64,000 bases of DNA from Aigarchaeota archaeon (lineage in GTDB: Archaea; Thermoproteota; Nitrososphaeria_A; Caldarchaeales; Calditenuaceae), in the NCBI GenBank assembly GCA_025059745.1, contig JANXDH010000004.1, positions 533,646 to 597,645 of the forward strand, given 5' to 3'. The position numbers were made by a program, and so were the translations under genes. A model generated the notes under the pieces. That model did no database searches. It saw nothing but the letters and a program-made list of their open reading frames with translations, and was not told where the DNA came from. Below are positions 49,658 to 57,861 of this stretch, in pieces. Every line of letters begins with the position of its first letter. Position 1 is the stretch's first letter.

Positions 49658-50925
49658 GCTTGACCGCTTACGTTAAGGAGATCAAGGCCAGGGCGATCTT
49701 CGATAGCAGGGGAGACAAGACCATCGAGGTGGAGGTGAGGGTCGACGGGGGGATAGGTGTGGCGTCGGTACCCTCAGGGAAGAGTAGGAGCCTCAAGGAG
49801 TGCGAGCCCTATCCCAAGGGGGGAGTGGAGGAGGCGCTCTCAGTAGTGAGATCTGTCATAGCGCCGAGGATAAGGGGGTTGGACGTCTCGAGGTTCGGCG
49901 CGATCGACTCGGAGTTATCGGAGATAGACGGTTCTACGAGGTTCGAGAGAATAGGTGGGAACACCGCACTGGCCACATCCGTTGCAACAGCGAAGGCAGT
50001 GGCTACCTCGAGGGGTGTACCTCTCTACAGATACCTCTCAGAGGAGCTCTCGGCGGACGTGAGGCTTCCGTTACCTCTCGGAAACATCTTGGGTGGGGGT
50101 AAGCACGCAGGGAGCGGTGCCCCCGACTTTCAGGAGTTCCTCGTCATACCGCTGAACTGCAAATCCATTCACGAGGCCTTAGAGGCGAACATGATAGCAC
50201 ACAAGGCGTTGGGAAGCCTGCTCTCTCTATCAGTGCCGGGTTACGCGCTCGGGAGGGGTGACGAGGGCGCGTACGCGCCGCCCCTAGATAACGTCGAGTC
50301 ACTCGAGGTCGTGAAAGCGGCGGTCGATCTCGTAGAGCGCGAGAGGGGCGTAAAGTTGGGGATCGGCCTCGATATCGCCGGATCTAACCTCTACGACCCT
50401 CGCAGGAGACTTTATTCGTTGCGATCCCAGGGTCTCTACCTGAGCAGAGAGGACTACCTCGCGTTCATATCTGAGCTCGCCGATGAGTACAACTTGGTTT
50501 ATATTGAGGACCCCGTCTGGGAGGAGGACTGGGAGTCATTCGTCGACCTCACGAGGAGTTTGAAGAGAACACTCGTCTGCGGAGACGATCTGTTAGCCAC
50601 TAGGGCGGAGCTTATAGGAGAGTACTCCAAGAGGGGGGCGATAAAGGCCGCGATAATCAAACCCAATCAGGTCGGAACCTTATCTCTGACATGGGCGGCA
50701 GTCAAGGCCTCCTTATCCAACGACATTGTCCCAGTCTCTTCGCATAGGTCCGGCGAGACAGACGACGCGTTCATATCACACATAGCAGTGGGGACGGGCT
50801 GCAAGGTGCTGAAGGCGGGCGTGGTCGGGGGCGAGAGGGTAGTCAAGGCTAACGAGCTCTTGAGGATAGCAGAGACGGAGGCAGATCGCGGGAGCCCAGC
50901 CACAATTTGGGAGCTTCACCTCTGA
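49654..50925 (+). CDS. eno: Enolase
   Basis: IFDSRG, PSG.S, GGGKHA, FQEF, GDEG, IEDP, GDDL, IKPNQVG, SHRSGET. Confidence 0.95.
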   Translation: MSLTAYVKEIKARAIFDSRGDKTIEVEVRVDGGIGVASVPSGKSRSLKECEPYPKGGVEEALSVVRSVIAPRIRGLDVSRFGAIDSELSEIDGSTRFERIGGNTALATSVATAKAVATSRGVPLYRYLSEELSADVRLPLPLGNILGGGKHAGSGAPDFQEFLVIPLNCKSIHEALEANMIAHKALGSLLSLSVPGYALGRGDEGAYAPPLDNVESLEVVKAAVDLVERERGVKLGIGLDIAGSNLYDPRRRLYSLRSQGLYLSREDYLAFISELADEYNLVYIEDPVWEEDWESFVDLTRSLKRTLVCGDDLLATRAELIGEYSKRGAIKAAIIKPNQVGTLSLTWAAVKASLSNDIVPVSSHRSGETDDAFISHIAVGTGCKVLKAGVVGGERVVKANELLRIAETEADRGSPATIWELHL

Positions 50926-50998
50926 TGCGTCAGACCGTCCTCATACTTATTAGATACCAATTGAAGTAAAATGAAAAAGGGGGAACGAGTGAGCGGGA

Positions 50999-51628
50999 TT
51001 GAGCGAGGAGGTAGAGGCGACGTTCGGGGCTGAGCTGCAGGAGCTGCTGGTGAAGAGCGGCGCACATCTGGGCGCGAAGATAAAGGTCAAGCACATGGAG
51101 AGGTTCATCTACAAGTTGAGGGCGGACGGGATCTACCTGATAGACGTCAAGAAGATACTGAACAAGTTGAACATGGCTGCACGCATGATAACCATGCACG
51201 ACCCCAAGAAAGTAGTAGTCGTGACGACCCACGTCTACGGGATCAAGGCAGTGAACAGGTTCTGCGAGCTCACTGGCTGTACACCGATCGCCGGAAAGAT
51301 CCCTCCTGGGACCTTCACAAACAGGGTACTGAGCTACTACCTAGAGCCAGAGCTACTGCTGGTCTCGGACCCGCGTTACGACGCGCAGGCGGTCTTCGAG
51401 GCGAAGGTCGCTAGGATCCCGGTGATTGCGATGTGCAGCACCGACAACGTTTACAGCAACGTCGACGTAGTCATACCCATAAACAACAGGGGACGAACCT
51501 CACTACCTTTCGCGTTCTGGTACCTTGCCAGACAGGTGCTGATCGAGAGCGGCCGCGCAACGCCTGAGCTGCTGAGCAACATGACCATAGACCAGTTCAC
51601 CGCTCAACCCGTCGAGGGCGAGGAGTGA
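50999..51628 (+). CDS. rps2: 30S ribosomal protein S2 (uS2)
   Basis: GAHLG..MERFIYK.RADG, PGTFTN, SDPRYDAQA, IPINNRG. Confidence 0.96.
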   Translation: MSEEVEATFGAELQELLVKSGAHLGAKIKVKHMERFIYKLRADGIYLIDVKKILNKLNMAARMITMHDPKKVVVVTTHVYGIKAVNRFCELTGCTPIAGKIPPGTFTNRVLSYYLEPELLLVSDPRYDAQAVFEAKVARIPVIAMCSTDNVYSNVDVVIPINNRGRTSLPFAFWYLARQVLIESGRATPELLSNMTIDQFTAQPVEGEE

Positions 51629-51629
51629 T

Positions 51630-54260
51630 TTACTCCGGTTGGTGGGGCCTGTGCCTCAAGTAGATCAAGGTCATCAAGGCCGCCACGATAGATATTAAGA
51701 GGACGCTGTACGGCCCGAGGGGGACAGTACGCCTCTGTGGTGAGGTCGTTGGGTCTATTGAGGATTCGCTCCTCAAACCCCCGAAGGTGATTGTCAAGGA
51801 CTTACCGTAGGGCGAGACTGGACCGAGACGGACGACACCGTCCCAGCTCGTTACACCCTCTGACTCTACGAACCCGTCCTCTCTGCTTACGGTCACAGAG
51901 AGCATGGGGGCGGGGAGATGGAACAGGTCCTTCAGAGTGAACTCTATGTAGTAGAGCCTCACCCCCACCCTTACCTCCCCCGAAGCCGCATCGACCGATC
52001 TCTGGTCCGTGACGTCGGCCCCTCTCCATATCGACCTCTGGACAGTCCATCTGCCTTCCCTCAACCATATTATACTCCCAGAATGATGAGATACGAATTC
52101 CCCGCCAGGTCCTATGAGTTCAAAGGTCACCGAACCCGAGGTGCCTGTGCGCGGCTCCTCGATAAGCAGGGACAGGACCTCCTTGACGTAACGAGCGGTT
52201 AGCGATAACGGGCGCGTGACCACCGCTGAGACGTTCACGAGCTCTGTGATCAGGTCACCGCTCCAGTGCCTGAAGGAGAGACGCTCCCGATCGCTCAAGT
52301 AGATGAACTCCGGCGCACTGAACGACACCTCTGAGCCCTGAGTGACCCAGAACCTCTGGGACTTTAGGGGTTCGGGATAGTTTATCGATATTAGGTGCTC
52401 TAGGGTCCAGATTGCTCGTACCCTCATCGGTCTATCCACTCTCACCTCGACCACCCTCTCGACAGAGGTGACGTCACCCTCCCACTTCTTGAAGATCGCC
52501 CGAGTAGAGTCCGATAGGTAACTGATCTGATCGGCAGAGACGATGGCCCTTGACCCCATGAGGTACCATCCCTCACCGCTGACTGATCCGACGCCGGATA
52601 TTAGGTCGAGGTAGTACTCCACGTCGTACCTCGCGATAGCGGTGATGGGCCTGACGACCCTGACCTCCAAGACCGTAGACCTGAGGTTGAGGCCACCCTC
52701 CCAAGACCTGAATACGGCTCTGGTCATGTTATCCCACTCAATATATCGAGGGTACTCGATCGTCAGCGTATCTCCCCTATCGATCCAGACGGTTTTATTG
52801 AGGTTGCCGTGAGTCGACCAGAGGGAGACTAGGTACTGCGTCGTCCACTCGGCGTACAGTCTCTTCGGCCCGTCGATCAACAGTCGCACCCTCGGTCCTT
52901 TCATCGCGTAATCTCCGGTGAATCCCGAGAGCTGGATCCTGGTCATGTTCATAAGGTCCACCGTAGACGGTTCTACCCACACCTCGGCTACTCCCCCCTC
53001 ATCGTACCAACCAGCACCGCGGGTGCTGCCATGTGCGGTGAATACGTCAACCTTGAATTGCCTCACCCACGTCGCGGTGACCTCGACAGGCCCTCTGACG
53101 ACGATCCTCAGTGTGTTTATCGTGGAGCCGAATGTACCGACCCACCTATCGAACCTTAACCTAGAGACCTCGCTTATCGGGACTACGCTGGGAACCTCTA
53201 AGTCTATAATGCTCTCCCTATCGAACCAATCAGTTAAGTCCCTCGTGAAGGTCCCGGCCACCCTAACCAGATATTGGGTCCTATAGTCTTGAACGACCTC
53301 CATGTGGTATCTCGGTCTGATTACTATCTCAGGAGAACTCGAGACGGCCCTTCCACCGATCGACCATCCGATGAACCTCATCCTAGTTGAACTATCGACA
53401 CCTACGATCTCATCACTCCTAAGAGTGATGGACTGACCAGGCTCGACGAGGAGTACTTCTAAAGGTATGAGGCCACTACCATCCACCCTGCGATAGATCT
53501 TGACGGAGAGCTTGATCGGGTACCCCTGTACGTCGAGCAGATAGAACATCGGTATCTCGGCTGGCAGGGTGACCCTCGACGGTACGTTCTCAAAGACGTT
53601 CGTAGCCATCCAGCGGTAAGCTACGGCCAGTGAATAGAGCTCAAGCGTGGACGGCCTGCTACCAGGGACCACGTACCTACACATTATGCTCCTGCAGTTC
53701 GTGGTGTGACCTATGCCGAGCGCGTGGGCGAATTCGTGGGCCGCCACCACCTTCGTGATCTCCTCATCGCCCCTCGTACACGACAACGAGATAGCTATGG
53801 ACGCGTTCACTATCTCCGTCCCCGCCCTGAAGATGTAGGCGACACCGCAGATACCCGAGCCCAACGTCTCAACGTACCTCATCCTGATGTCTCCCGAAGA
53901 ACCGTTAACGCCGTAGATCAGCACGTTGATCTTGAGCTCCTCCAAGTAGTTGTAACCGAAGAGAGCGGTGAATATCGGTATGGCGGTGATCCACCACCTC
54001 ACGCCCTCCGCCGCCCAGACCGTGTAAGCGTGTTCCTGGTGGGGATAGATGAGAACGTTCAGTTCCCTCTTCCTCCAAGAGCCCAGCAGATCTATCACGC
54101 CATCCTCTTGTCTCTGTTCGGTGAGGTTCGCGGGAGGACTCTCGTAGGTGATCGCGTGTGAGGACGATTGAAAGTCGTGGCCACCGTCAACAGGATGAAG
54201 AATAAGTATCACGAAAACAATTAAAATGAGCGTGATCGGTACCGCTCTCAAACACCTCAA
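51630..54260 (-). CDS. Secreted, membrane-anchored matrixin-like zinc metalloprotease with about six tandem beta-repeat domains
   Basis: Signal peptide; HEFAHALGIGH...SIM (metzincin Met-turn); repeats of about 70-80 aa with R.F..W.G...P....A.[WY]; C-terminal TM helix. Confidence 0.82.
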   Translation of the reverse strand: MRCLRAVPITLILIVFVILILHPVDGGHDFQSSSHAITYESPPANLTEQRQEDGVIDLLGSWRKRELNVLIYPHQEHAYTVWAAEGVRWWITAIPIFTALFGYNYLEELKINVLIYGVNGSSGDIRMRYVETLGSGICGVAYIFRAGTEIVNASIAISLSCTRGDEEITKVVAAHEFAHALGIGHTTNCRSIMCRYVVPGSRPSTLELYSLAVAYRWMATNVFENVPSRVTLPAEIPMFYLLDVQGYPIKLSVKIYRRVDGSGLIPLEVLLVEPGQSITLRSDEIVGVDSSTRMRFIGWSIGGRAVSSSPEIVIRPRYHMEVVQDYRTQYLVRVAGTFTRDLTDWFDRESIIDLEVPSVVPISEVSRLRFDRWVGTFGSTINTLRIVVRGPVEVTATWVRQFKVDVFTAHGSTRGAGWYDEGGVAEVWVEPSTVDLMNMTRIQLSGFTGDYAMKGPRVRLLIDGPKRLYAEWTTQYLVSLWSTHGNLNKTVWIDRGDTLTIEYPRYIEWDNMTRAVFRSWEGGLNLRSTVLEVRVVRPITAIARYDVEYYLDLISGVGSVSGEGWYLMGSRAIVSADQISYLSDSTRAIFKKWEGDVTSVERVVEVRVDRPMRVRAIWTLEHLISINYPEPLKSQRFWVTQGSEVSFSAPEFIYLSDRERLSFRHWSGDLITELVNVSAVVTRPLSLTARYVKEVLSLLIEEPRTGTSGSVTFELIGPGGEFVSHHSGSIIWLREGRWTVQRSIWRGADVTDQRSVDAASGEVRVGVRLYYIEFTLKDLFHLPAPMLSVTVSREDGFVESEGVTSWDGVVRLGPVSPYGKSLTITFGGLRSESSIDPTTSPQRRTVPLGPYSVLLISIVAALMTLIYLRHRPHQPE

Positions 54261-54313
54261 CCTATAGTTGAAGGGATTTAAGGTTTATGACGTAGGTACG
54301 GGATCTCAGTTAC

Positions 54314-55327
54314 GTGGACGCACCAAAGCTCGCGGTCTATGCGAGCCACTCGGCTCTACAGATAATCACCGGTGGAAGGAGAGAGGGGCTAAACGTCACG
54401 CTCTTTGGACCGGCGGAGAGGCTGACTTTCTATCGGAGGTTTAGGGCCCTGCAAATGAGTACGCTGGAGTGCACCAACGAGGACTGCATAGAGAAGTTAA
54501 ACTCTCTGAGTGACCACGTGGTCGTTCCAAACGGTAGTCTGGTGGAGTACGTCGGTGCAAAGAACGTCCTAGAGTTGAAGACGCCCCTCATCGGCTCGAA
54601 GGGTCTCTTGTGGATCGAGAGCCGCTGGAACCGGAAGATGAACCTCCTGATGGACGCCGGTCTACCGGTCCCCAAGTGGTTCTCGAGACCCGAGGAGGTA
54701 GACAGGTTGGTCATAGTGAAGTTGCCTGGCGCGAAGGGCGGGCGGGGATACATACTGACGGACTCACCCGGAGAGATAAACGAGTCCCTGAGGGAGTACG
54801 TGAGAAAGGGTATCATAAGCGACGCATCGGAGGCCTACATACAGGAGTACGTCGTCGGTATCCCGGTCTACGCCCACTACTTCATGAGTCCCATAATGAA
54901 CAGATTAGAGATAACGGGATTCGATGTGAGATACGAGACGAACGTCGACGGCCTCAGGCGTCTGAGCCACAGGAGAGCCGCTGAGATCAAACCTAGCTTC
55001 GTCGTAGGGGGCAACTTTCCGGTATATTTACGTGAGAGCCTCATAGAAACGTACATAGAGTGCGGTGAGAGGTTCGTCGAGGCCACCGGAAGGTATCTGG
55101 GGAAACCCGTCGTGGGCCCGTTCTGCCTCGAGTCCGTGGTGACCGAGGACCTGACGCCGGTCTTCTTCGAGTTCTCAGGGAGGATAGTCGCAGGTACCAA
55201 CGTATACATGGACGGGAGTCCTTACCTCGAGTTTTACTGGGGTGAGAGGATGAACGTGGGCCAGAGGATCGCGAGGGAGGTGAGGCTCGCGGCAGAACAG
55301 GGTCGCATCGATGAGGTGGTGACCTGA
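54314..55327 (+). CDS. purP: PurP-family ATP-grasp ligase (AICAR formyltransferase-like)
   Basis: ASHSALQI, PNGSLVEY, VKLPGAKGGRGY, RYETNVDG, GNFPVYLRESL, FEFSGRIVAGTN. Confidence 0.88.
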   Translation: MDAPKLAVYASHSALQIITGGRREGLNVTLFGPAERLTFYRRFRALQMSTLECTNEDCIEKLNSLSDHVVVPNGSLVEYVGAKNVLELKTPLIGSKGLLWIESRWNRKMNLLMDAGLPVPKWFSRPEEVDRLVIVKLPGAKGGRGYILTDSPGEINESLREYVRKGIISDASEAYIQEYVVGIPVYAHYFMSPIMNRLEITGFDVRYETNVDGLRRLSHRRAAEIKPSFVVGGNFPVYLRESLIETYIECGERFVEATGRYLGKPVVGPFCLESVVTEDLTPVFFEFSGRIVAGTNVYMDGSPYLEFYWGERMNVGQRIAREVRLAAEQGRIDEVVT

Positions 55328-55328
55328 T

Positions 55329-56384
55329 CTGAGGACCATATCCATCTCATGCATCGCGAGCCACTCTGCCCTCGACGTATTCGATGGGGCGAAGGACGAG
55401 GGTTTCCGGACAATTGCGCTCTGCCAGGTCGGGAGGTCCAAGGTCTACCAGACAGTGAGAGAGACGGTGGACGAGTGTCTTGTATTACCGAATTACGCGA
55501 AGATCATCGAGGACGAGGTCCAGGCCGAGCTGTTGGGGAAGGACGCGGTGATAGTGCCCAATCGCAGCATGGCCGTCTATGTAGGATACGACAGGATAGA
55601 GGAGAGGCTTAGGGTCCCTGTATTCGGTAACAAGAAGATGCTGAGGTGGGAGGAGCGAGTCGGCGGGAAGAACTACTACGCGCTGCTCGACTCCGCAGGC
55701 ATTCGAAGGCCGAGGGTGATGAGGATCGAGGAGGTCGACGGTCCAGTGATATTGAAGGTCCAGGAGGCCATGAGGGAGCAGGAGAGGGCCTTCATAATAG
55801 CCTCTGACAGAGAGGACCTAGAGCGTAAGATAGAGTCTATGAGGTCTAGGAACCTCATCAGCGAGGAGACGCTGAGACGCTCGGTCATCGAGGAGCTCGT
55901 ACTTGGTGCACACTTCAACATAAATTACTTCTACAGCGTCGTCAGAAGGAGGTTGGAGATAGTAAGCATAGACCGGCGCATACAGTCTAACTTGGACGGA
56001 CTCCTCCACCTTCCAGCGAGGGATCAGCTCGACCTCCGGGCACCCGTCCGCATGATCGAGGTTGGTCACGTCCCCGTCAGCCTCAGGGAGAGCCTCTTGG
56101 AGGAGGCGATGGAGATCGGTGAGAGGTTTGTGGATGCCACACGCAGATTAGAACCGCCCGGCATAATAGGTCCCTTCACCCTACAGGTGATGGTGTCGCC
56201 CGATCTGAAGATGATCGTCTATGACGTCGCGACTAGGATAGGCGGTGGTACCAACGCGCAGATGGGGATAGGCGGACAGTACTCTAAGCTCTTCCTTAGA
56301 AAGGCGGTCTCTATGGGCCGTAGGATATGTATTGAGTTGAGGGAGGCTCTAGAGTCGAGCGCTTTGACCTCTGTTACAAGTTAA
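55329..56384 (+). CDS. purP: Second PurP-family ATP-grasp protein, probable CTG start
   Basis: The frame extends upstream of the track start (55455) as LRTISISCIASHSALDVFDGAKDEGF; also VPNRS, DRRIQSNLDG, RESLLE, RIGGGTN. Confidence 0.85.
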   Translation: MRTISISCIASHSALDVFDGAKDEGFRTIALCQVGRSKVYQTVRETVDECLVLPNYAKIIEDEVQAELLGKDAVIVPNRSMAVYVGYDRIEERLRVPVFGNKKMLRWEERVGGKNYYALLDSAGIRRPRVMRIEEVDGPVILKVQEAMREQERAFIIASDREDLERKIESMRSRNLISEETLRRSVIEELVLGAHFNINYFYSVVRRRLEIVSIDRRIQSNLDGLLHLPARDQLDLRAPVRMIEVGHVPVSLRESLLEEAMEIGERFVDATRRLEPPGIIGPFTLQVMVSPDLKMIVYDVATRIGGGTNAQMGIGGQYSKLFLRKAVSMGRRICIELREALESSALTSVTS

Positions 56385-56735
56385 TCAGAGCAGCCTGAGG
56401 TGTCCGGTAATCGGTGTCAGTAACTCTTCTGGCGCCGGCCCGATCCCGATCGATGTTACGGTGCCGGGCTCAAGTTGAGTGAGCCCCGCGTCCTCGACCG
56501 AGGAGTAGGGCAGGCCGGCCCTCTCCGCGGACCTCGCGATCTCGAGCAACTCGTCTAGGGAGTCTACCCTGAGGACCACCTTCTTTTGGCCCTCTAAGAG
56601 CCACCGCTCTGCCCACTCCGGTCTGGACCTAGTCGTGACCAAGTAACTGGAGACCGCTGCGTGTGCTACCTGCGCCGCCATCTTTCCACGCCCCATACCG
56701 AGATCGGTCCTAACTATCAAGACCTGCTTGAACAT
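56385..56735 (-). CDS. pth2: Peptidyl-tRNA hydrolase Pth2
   Basis: KQVLIVRTDLGMGRGKMAAQVAHA, GQKKVVL, DAGLTQLEPGT, IGP. Confidence 0.95.
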   Translation of the reverse strand: MFKQVLIVRTDLGMGRGKMAAQVAHAAVSSYLVTTRSRPEWAERWLLEGQKKVVLRVDSLDELLEIARSAERAGLPYSSVEDAGLTQLEPGTVTSIGIGPAPEELLTPITGHLRLL

Positions 56736-57610
56736 AGCTCATCGAGAGCCGAGTGATTCGTGGGGGAACAGACTACGACCTCTCCCTCGTAATTACTGAA
56801 ATGCGACCTCACGTCACCGGTCACCTCTTTCTCGCAAACCGCGAATATCGTCGGTCCCTTACCTGACATTCCCGAGGCCATCGCGCCCAATCTCATCGCA
56901 CCGATTATCGGATCGAGGGGGACGTCGGTGATGACAGCGTGCATCACCCCGTTCAGTGTCGCGGCCGTCCAGAAGTCTCCGCGCGTTGCCATGTCGTGCG
57001 CCGCCTCGATCAACTTCTTTATCGGCCTCAGGCTCTCCCTATCGAAGGTACCTGTATATCGCTTCACCGGTGGTATCAGGAGCACCACGTTCACCCATGA
57101 GGGGGCCTCGCTCCTCATCAGTAACCTCCTGTTGAGGTTATCCGTCACCACTACACCTCCCAACAGACAGGCCGCCGCGTCATCCAAAGCTCCGGTTATC
57201 GAGGTCCCGGATCTGATCGATGCTGATACTACCATCTCCAAGACCTCATCCGACCTGACCTCGCACCCCGAAGCCTTGAGAGCGGCCACTGCAACGGCCG
57301 TGCCCACAGAGCTCGAGCTCTTGAGGCCCCTAGCGGACGGTATCTCGCTCTGCACCATGACCCTGAACCCCAGATCATCGATCCCCTTCCTCCTCCGCAC
57401 CTCCGTCACCACCTCCCTGATAAGACCGCCCTCTCTTGAGACTTCTAGCTCTCCATAGCGGTCCCTCGCACTCGCTATCTCGACGTCCCCTCCTTCGACG
57501 ACCTCTACCTCTGCGACAGTCCTGAGGTCTATAGCCATCGCGCTACCTTTAGATATCGAGATAGCGTTCACTATCGTGATCGCACCGTTTGTTACGACCA
57601 TCGCCTTCAT
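56717..57610 (-). CDS. aroK: Archaeal shikimate kinase (GHMP family)
   Basis: GAITIVNAI..KG, SEIPSARGLKSSS, TGALDDA, SGKGP. Confidence 0.93.
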   Translation of the reverse strand: MKAMVVTNGAITIVNAISISKGSAMAIDLRTVAEVEVVEGGDVEIASARDRYGELEVSREGGLIREVVTEVRRRKGIDDLGFRVMVQSEIPSARGLKSSSSVGTAVAVAALKASGCEVRSDEVLEMVVSASIRSGTSITGALDDAAACLLGGVVVTDNLNRRLLMRSEAPSWVNVVLLIPPVKRYTGTFDRESLRPIKKLIEAAHDMATRGDFWTAATLNGVMHAVITDVPLDPIIGAMRLGAMASGMSGKGPTIFAVCEKEVTGDVRSHFSNYEGEVVVCSPTNHSALDELCSSRS

Positions 57611-57642
57611 CAGGTTTTCTATGCGTCTATCGCTCTCGTTGA

Positions 57643-57650
57643 TTTATAAA
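57643..57650 (-). promoter_or_regulatory. Putative TATA box for aroK-pth2
   Basis: TTTATAAA about 33 nt upstream of the aroK ATG (57610). Confidence 0.5.
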
Positions 57651-57690
57651 CGCGAAATTTGGCAGGACACAGAACGAGATCGTAATTAGA

Positions 57691-57698
57691 TTTATATG
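57691..57698 (+). promoter_or_regulatory. Putative TATA box of the leader-asd-aro operon
   Basis: TTTATATG; standard spacing predicts a TSS near 57718-57722, just before the leader ORF. Confidence 0.55.
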
Positions 57699-57732
57699 TA
57701 GGTCGATACAGCAAGTACCGGGGCGGGGGGAA

Positions 57733-57807
57733 ATGGGCGCGGATCTAAGGTATACACTTGGATTCACCTCAGACGGACGCGCCTATTTCTACACGGATGC
57801 CCCATGA
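57733..57807 (+). CDS. Putative Tyr/Phe-rich leader peptide (24 aa, MGADLRYTLGFTSDGRAYFYTDAP)
   Basis: ATG 57733 to TGA 57807; 5 of 24 codons are Tyr/Phe, including consecutive TAT-TTC-TAC; lies between the TATA box and the aromatic biosynthesis operon. Confidence 0.6.
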   Translation: MGADLRYTLGFTSDGRAYFYTDAP

Positions 57808-57861
57808 ACGCCCCCTCTATCCCCCCGCGAACCGATCGGTGTCACATCGTGGTGATGAGAG

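Noticed and set aside
55311-55322. In-frame ATG-AGG-TGG-TGA upstream of the second purP, suggesting UGA readthrough or selenocysteine
   Set aside because: The TGA lies in a non-conserved N-terminal position and doubles as the SD-like GGTGA; a CTG start is simpler.
57729-57793. Hairpin followed by ACA (57791-57793), resembling an archaeal H/ACA guide RNA
   Set aside because: The internal loop (GA/CGGA) is too small for a pseudouridylation pocket and no K-turn/K-loop motif is visible. The uORF/leader reading fits the context better, though an Infernal scan should confirm this.
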